Below are positions 24,375 through 30,461 of a stretch of 30,461 nt of DNA, piece by piece. The notes below the pieces were generated by a model, which was not told the DNA's origin, ran no database searches, and was given only the letters and a program-made list of their open reading frames with translations. How positions within the stretch are numbered: the first letter of the stretch is position 1; each line of letters opens with the position of its first letter. The translations under genes and the position numbers were made by a program. Source of the stretch: Fonticula alba ATCC 38817 (taxonomy: Eukaryota > Protista > Nucleariida); the NCBI GenBank assembly GCA_000388065.2, contig KB932204.1; one strand, written 5' to 3'.

Positions 24375-27364
24375 TTAGAAGGACTGGATGACATCATTCA
24401 GATCATTGAACAGATCCTGCATGTCGTCCGGCACGGCACCGCCGATCGGCGGGGGGAGATCGATCGGCGACGAGGGGACCGACGAGCTGGCCGGCCCAAG
24501 GGGCGCCGGGGGCTTCGGCAAAGTGATCCCATTGTTGGTGATGGTGCCGCTGGTGCCGCCGCTGCTGCAGGGGGCCGAGTTGGAGCCGGCGGCCGCCTCG
24601 GCAGCCGAGGCCGCCGAGAAGCTGGCCGACCCGAAGCCCGCCGGCATGCCGTAGATGGATACCTGCGGCTTGCGGGGCAGGGCCGCCGAGGGAAGGGCAT
24701 CCCCAGCCGGGACGGTGGTGGCCGCCACGTCGCCGTACTGCCGGCGCAGGGACTCCACCTCCTCGGCCAGGTTCGACCGGTGATGGGCCAGGGTAATCCC
24801 CGGGACCAGGCGCGCCAGATCGGCCGCCGAGCGAATGGACGACAGGACATCCGCCGGAGAGGTCAGCCCAGCCGCATGGAAGGCGCCCACATAGCACTCC
24901 CAGTGGATGTCAAAGAGCCACTTGTCCACCCAGGGCCGGCCGTCTGGGCCGACCGCCGGCGGGAGGTTGGACGGGACAGCAGCGGCACCCGGGCGGGGCC
25001 CCGGCGGCGGGGGCAGTGTCGTGGCGGCGACCGTGTTCACACGCACGCCCTGTGCACCGAACGGGTCGGCAGGCATGTCGATATCTGAATCGGACGAGTC
25101 GGACTCGCTGCCGGAGTAGTCCGAGTCGTACTCGCTGCTGCTGGAGTAATCGCTGCCGGAGGAGTCGCTATGGCGCGAGGGGGCCCGAGAGGGGGCGGCG
25201 GCGGCCGCGGCCGCCGCCACCGGCGCCGGGGCCGAGATCGGGGCCGGGATCGGAGCCGAAGCCGTGGCCGCAACCAGCCGACTGGCGGCCGAAGTGGAGG
25301 AAGCAGGCGCGCCGGCCGCCAGCGGCTGCGGCGGCACCAGGCCAGCCATGCTGAGAGTTGGCTTCGGCGGGGCGGCGGTCAGCGGGGCAATGGCGGCAGG
25401 AGCACCGGCAGCAGGCTCATCGGCGACCTGCTGCTCCGCCTCATCTTCCTCCTCGTCGCCCTCCTCATACTCCTCGGTCACGTCGACCAGGTTGCACTTG
25501 AACTCGCCCACCTGGCCGGTGCGCAGGAGCCGGCCAACCCAAAGGCCACTGGGCCGGAAGTCGTGGACTTCGAATTCGTCGCCCTCCTCGAAGGAGAGAG
25601 CCAGGGCGTCATAGATGGAGCCAATGTGGCTCATGCGGGCCACCGCACGGCCGAGGACCTTGGGCTGCTTGGTGGCAGCCGGGGCCGCGGCCGCGGCCGC
25701 AGGGCTCGGCGAGGCAGCCGACATGGCCGGCCCCGGCCCCGTGGCCAGGGCACCCTCCGTGCCACTGGCATCCGACTGCGAGGCAATGGAGGCCGTGTCG
25801 GACAGAACACCGGCCGCCCCCGGGCCGAGAGGTGACAGGACCGCCGCCGGCGGGTCGGCACTCCCGACAGGGCGCCCGGGAGTGGACGGCCCGCCGCCAT
25901 CGGCCGATTGGCCGAGGCTGCCCATGGACGCCAGGGAGACGGAGCTGCTGGCGCTGCCAAGAGGACCGCCAGGCGCGGCGGCGGTGGCAGCAGCGGCGGC
26001 GGCCCCCGCCGAAGAGGCGGCCACCGGCGAAACGACGGCCGCCCCGGGAACAGCCTCGGCCTCCGGGTCGCGGACAATCGGCACAACGGTCGGCGCCAGG
26101 GACACACCAGCAGCGGCCAGGGCCGCCTCCGGGTCGACACCGCGCGTGGCCGAGGACAGCAGAATGAACGACCGGTTCTCCTTCAGCCGGTTGGTTGTGG
26201 CACACAGAATCTGGATGGGGGTCAGCTGGCCGCGGTTCTTGGCATGGATGTCTGCCCCGCGAGACAGCAGCAGGGCCACGACCGCGTGCTTGCCGCGCTC
26301 GGTGGCATAGTGCAGGGCCGTGGACCCGATGTGGCTCATGGCATTGACATCGACCCCGCCATCGAGGAGGACCGCCACGCAGTCCGCATGCCCGCCACTG
26401 GCGGCCAGATGCAACGGCGACCGGGGCGGCGGCTGCGACGGGTTGGCATACACCTTGTCCAGGACCTCCTTGGTGGCCAGCAGCCGGAGGATGGCATCCT
26501 TGCCGTACTCGGCCGACAGGTCGAGCGGCGTCTGCCCGGCGCGATTCTGCAAGAGGGGGCTGGCCCCGGCGGCCATCAGCAGCTGGGCCGAGTCGGCCGA
26601 CCGGTTGAACTGGGCCGCCAGATGCAGCGGCGAGCACTGGTCATTGTTCAGCCCGTCCACGGGGACCCCGGCTTCCAGGAGAACGCGCACGCATTCCGGG
26701 TGGTTCCCCCACGCGGCGTAATGGAGAGCCGTGTTGCCTGTGGAGCCGTCAAGCAGGAGGGAGGCCAGGATGGGAGGGGGGGGGGGAGGGGGGCGGAATC
26801 GGGTCAGAGGGCGATCAGAGGAGGACGACACAGCCACACATGCGGGGGAGCCCAGGCGAGGGAAGGAGAGAGAGAGAGGGAAGTGGCGGAGAAACCGGCG
26901 CACCAGTGCGATCAACGATGTCCACACGCGCGCCAAGATCAATGGCTCGACGGAGGTACTCCGCATAGCCGGACGTGGCGGCCACATGCAAGATGGTCAT
27001 GCTGTCATCGTTGATGGTGTTGATGTCGACATCCCGGCGGAAGACCTTGGACAGGACGCCGGTCATTCGCCCGGCCGCACCGCCGGCCTTGGTCTTCGAC
27101 GAGTCATCCACCCGGCGCTCGGGGATCAGCTCATTCAGGAGAGACAGGTTGCCCTGCGAGGCGGAGCTGAAGAGCTCGTCATCCTTTTTCATCCGCTATG
27201 TGCATGCGCGTTGAGATGTGGGATGTGAGTGTGAGTGTGTGTGTGTGTGTGTGTGCGCGCGCGCGCGCGCGCGCAGAGGTGTGACATTGGGGAGGCAGGG
27301 ACACATGCAGGAGGAGGCATCGGCAGGGGGGTGGCCCTCGGACACGTACGGATCTCGAGGACAT
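24375..27364 (-). CDS. Caskin/ANKS1-like scaffold: six ankyrin repeats, SH3, one SAM and a Caskin-tail-like C-terminal helix, about 889 aa
   Basis: Exons 27364-27350 (MSSRS, preceded by an in-frame TAG), 27195-26904, 26737-24375 (2670 nt). Ankyrin repeats: ILHVAA, ALHYAAW, PLHLAAQ, TPLDLSAEYG, SPLHLAA, TALHYA. SH3 about 25660-25479; SAM about 24932-24745; C-terminus DDMQDLFNDLNDVIQSF. Confidence 0.85.
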
Positions 27365-27713
27365 TGTCGATATCTAGCGGCACACGTGTGCAGAGCCGAG
27401 CGCGAGAGCCTGGGCAGGGCGTCAGTGGGTGAGCCGGCATGTGTGTATGTGTGTGTGTGTGTGTGCGGAGCGGGAGCGGGGGCGACGAGGGTGGCAAAAG
27501 AGGAAGGGCTTACGCACGAATAAAAAAGAAGGGGAAGCGGGCCGAGGCGCGACAAGTGGTCGCGGTCTGTTGAAAGGGGGAGGGGGGCGACAAGGCGGAG
27601 GGGGGAGCCGGGGGAAGGGGGGGTGTGTGGTCAGTAGCAGCGCGGGCCCGGCGAACGGAGGCACATCGGAGTGTAAAACAGGGGGGGGGGGGGCGAAAAT
27701 CCCCGTCGCGTAC

Positions 27714-27817
27714 CGCGCAGGGAACGAGGGGCACGCCAGCCAAGTGCCGGATGGGGAAGAGGAGGAAGAGGAGGAGGAGAGGGGCAAGGGCCTGGGCAGA
27801 GTGCTCTTGGAGGTGAG
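27714..27817 (-). other. Putative non-coding 5'-UTR exon of the Caskin-like gene
   Basis: On the minus strand a CA-rich tract and TAG acceptor (27820-27818) precede a 104-nt ATG-free segment ending in a GTACGC donor (27713). The next acceptor CAG (27412-27410) opens the exon carrying the ATG at 27364. Confidence 0.45.
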
Positions 27818-30461
27818 CTAGCCAGGGGTGTGCGTGTGTGTGCGTGTGTGTGGCTTCCCCGGGGGCGCGCGCGATAGGGCGAGGTCGGAGGCGGGCGTCC
27901 GACGGAGGGTGTGAGGGGTGACGAGACGAGAGGGAGAGCGACGAGGGGGTAGAGGGGGGGGGGCCGAAAGTGGAGGGCAGGGGGGTGTGGGAGGGGAAGA
28001 AGATGGCGGCGCTGAGGGCGGCGATCTCCCGGCGGNNNNNNNNNNNNNNNNNNNNNNNNNNNNNNNNNNNNNNNNNNNNNNNNNNNNNNNNNNNNNNNNN
28101 NNNNNNNNNNNNNNNNNNNNNNNNNNNNNNNNNNNNNNNNNNNNNNNNNNNNNNNNNNNNNNNNNNNNNNNNNNNNNNNNNNNNNNNNNNNNNNNNNNNN
28201 NNNNNNNNNNNNNNNNNNNNNNNNNNNNNNNNNNNNNNNNNNNNNNNNNNNNNNNNNNNNNNNNNNNNNNNNNNCCCCCTCGCCCCCGGAGAGAGTCGGG
28301 TGCGCGGGGTGAGGGACGCATGTGCCCTCCACACCTGGGGGGGGCAATATTACACCAATCAAGGTCCCCGTGCAAACAGAGGCGGCCGACGCGTCTGCCC
28401 GGTGGTGGTGGTGGTGGTGGTGGTGGCGGCGGTGGTGATGGCCAGCCTCGCAGGCTCTTTTCTCGGCGCCTTCGCCCCGCCTCCCCCCTCGGAGCATGGG
28501 CATGCCCCCCTTGGGCGGGGCCACCGCGTCGGCCCGCAGCCGGGCTGGGCGAGCGCGGAGGGGCCGAGGGGCCTGGGGGGGGCTTTCAACCGCTCGAAGG
28601 GCCCGAGCCGGGCTTCACAGGAGCAGCCCCTCTCCCCCGTGCAATGTGCGGGGGCGCTCGCGCGGGGAGGTTCGGCCCAGCATGCATCAGCCGCGGCGCC
28701 CGGAGAATGCCCGATTTGATACCCCCTGCTGCGCGGCAAGAGCTTTGGGGCCCCCGAGGGAAAGGGGCTCGCCGGCGCCTTGCAAGATCTTTGCCCGGCG
28801 GCCCGCCCAACATGAGAGGGCGATGCCCTCTCGCAAGGTTGCCCGCGCGCGCGCGCGCGCGCGTGTGTGTATTTATCCCCGAGAGGTCTCCCCTCCACGG
28901 TCAGGGGAGCCAACGTGCCTTGGGGGGCGGGGGGGTTGCGTGCCGGCCGCCATCAACATCCCGGCACGCGGGGGCGCTCGGTCGGGCCGGGCGCCGTGTC
29001 CGCCGGCGCGACCGAGGGTGCCCCGATTCCGGGCCTCGAACATGCCCGCGGTGCCCCAGGGGCTTGTGCGTGCGCTGCCCGCTTCCTGCGTGTCTCTTTC
29101 TCCCTCTCTCCCTCTCTTGTGCCTCTCGCAAGGCATTCCTCCCCGGGGGCGGTGGGCGCCGTCCGCCCGCCCTCCCCCCCTCCCTTCTGGCCAGACCACC
29201 GAGGACCGTGTGCGTGTATCTTGGAGGCCTTGATCCCGAGGACGCCGGGGTCGTGGCTTTGTACTCGACCGCCTGGCCCCCCGCGCCCAGCCCCCTCCCC
29301 CCCCGGAGGACGGGATGCCTTCCGGCCCGCACACACAATGGCCCGTAGATGAGCCCCTTCGCGGGGGTGTGGGGAAAAAACCGGCAGACCATCAGCCCCC
29401 CCCCCCCGGGGCAGGGCAGCTGGCACATCTCACACAGCGTGCGCCGGTATCCCCCCCCCCCCTCCCGCCCGCCCACCGGTGCAGGCGCGTACCCGTGTAG
29501 CGCGCCGTTCGCGGCCCGGGGGCAGGGAGGCGGGTCTCTCAGGCTGGGGAGGGGGGCGGCGGCAGCGGGGCATTTTGCGCGGCGGTGGTGCGGGCGGAGG
29601 TGTTCTTTGTTTGTATCACAGCCTGCCGGCCAGTGCCCAGCTTTGGCGAGCTGGCCGTCTCGGCGCCCGGGCGTGCGCGCACCCCACATTGGCCCTCTCG
29701 CGCCGGCGGTGAAAACGCGTCATATCGCCAGTGAGCTCCCTGTCGATGGCTGGCGAAAGGCCCCCCCCCCCCCGGGTACCACCAGTGCGGCAGGCCTCCG
29801 GGAGCGTGGCCGGCTTTTCGGCCGCCCCGGTGCGTGTGAGCCCCCCCCCCCCCCCAACGGGGGGAGGTAGTGTGAGGGCCGTCTGATGCGCCGAGCGAAC
29901 GCCGAGGGTATGCTTGCGGCAGCGCCCGGCGCAGTCCGGCAATTTATGGCCCCCGCCCGTGTGCGCCAGACACATGTGCGGGCGGGGGCCGAGTCGCTGG
30001 GACGGCAGCGCCTCCCCGGCCGCCTCCCCCCCCCCCCCGGCCTCTCTCCGGCAGCCACCCCTGGGTGGGCATTTTTTCAGGTACCCCATCGGGTAAGGCC
30101 CTTGGCCTTTGGGGCGAACCTTCCCCTGCGAGCTGGGGAGGGTGCGGGGGCAGGCACGCGCAAGCACAGACCTGTCCCTCCCCCTGCCCCTCCGCCGGGG
30201 GGGGGGGGGAACGGCTAGCGGCTTCCCCCCCGCGCACCCACACAATAATAAACTTGAGGCCCTCACGCAACCCCCGAGGGCGCGTGTCTGTGTGTGCGCA
30301 TTCACCCCGCCGCGTCTGCGTCTCGGCCGTTCACCTTCTCGAGCGAGCAATGGACCGACGCGGTACATGGGGAGCCGAGGCCGTCAAACACCGGCGGGAG
30401 CCTGCGCAGTCGGTGGTCAAGCGCCGGCACGCCGCCCCGCCTACGGGGAGCGGGGGGGGGG

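Noticed and set aside
24375-26987. ORF-track start MWPPRPAMRS for the ankyrin protein
   Set aside because: Its first about 83 residues read an alternate frame of the upstream exon and then intron 26903-26738. Splicing gives a continuous ankyrin array.
27631-28524. His-repeat ORF (GHHHRRHHHHHHHH) upstream of the Caskin-like gene
   Set aside because: It arises from a (GGT)n microsatellite, spans an N-gap and has no domain or splice support.
28275-30461. ORFs in the last 2 kb
   Set aside because: They are low-complexity GC-rich translations with no recognisable product. No transposase, reverse transcriptase or terminal repeats were seen.

Overview
GC-rich, intron-rich eukaryotic genomic DNA from a draft assembly with six N-gaps. 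Gene content and style suggest a unicellular opisthokont, possibly Fonticula-like; this is an inference, not verified. I spliced eight protein-coding genes by hand, all with GT-AG introns and consistent phases: cytosolic asparaginyl-tRNA synthetase (+), DNA polymerase delta subunit 2 (-), an ASCC1/AKAP7-type 2H-phosphoesterase-fold protein lacking both HxT motifs (-), an orphan with a mitochondrial-type presequence (+), KAT8/MOF-type MYST acetyltransferase (-), NOP16 (-), eIF1/SUI1 (+) and a Caskin-like ANK-SH3-SAM scaffold (-). An intronic box C/D snoRNA of the SNORD46/snR63 type lies in the long eIF1 intron. Most ORFs in the supplied track are shadow ORFs caused by high GC and microsatellites. 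No mobile element, CRISPR array, tRNA or rRNA was seen. Comparisons to human and yeast sequences are from memory and need confirming by alignment.
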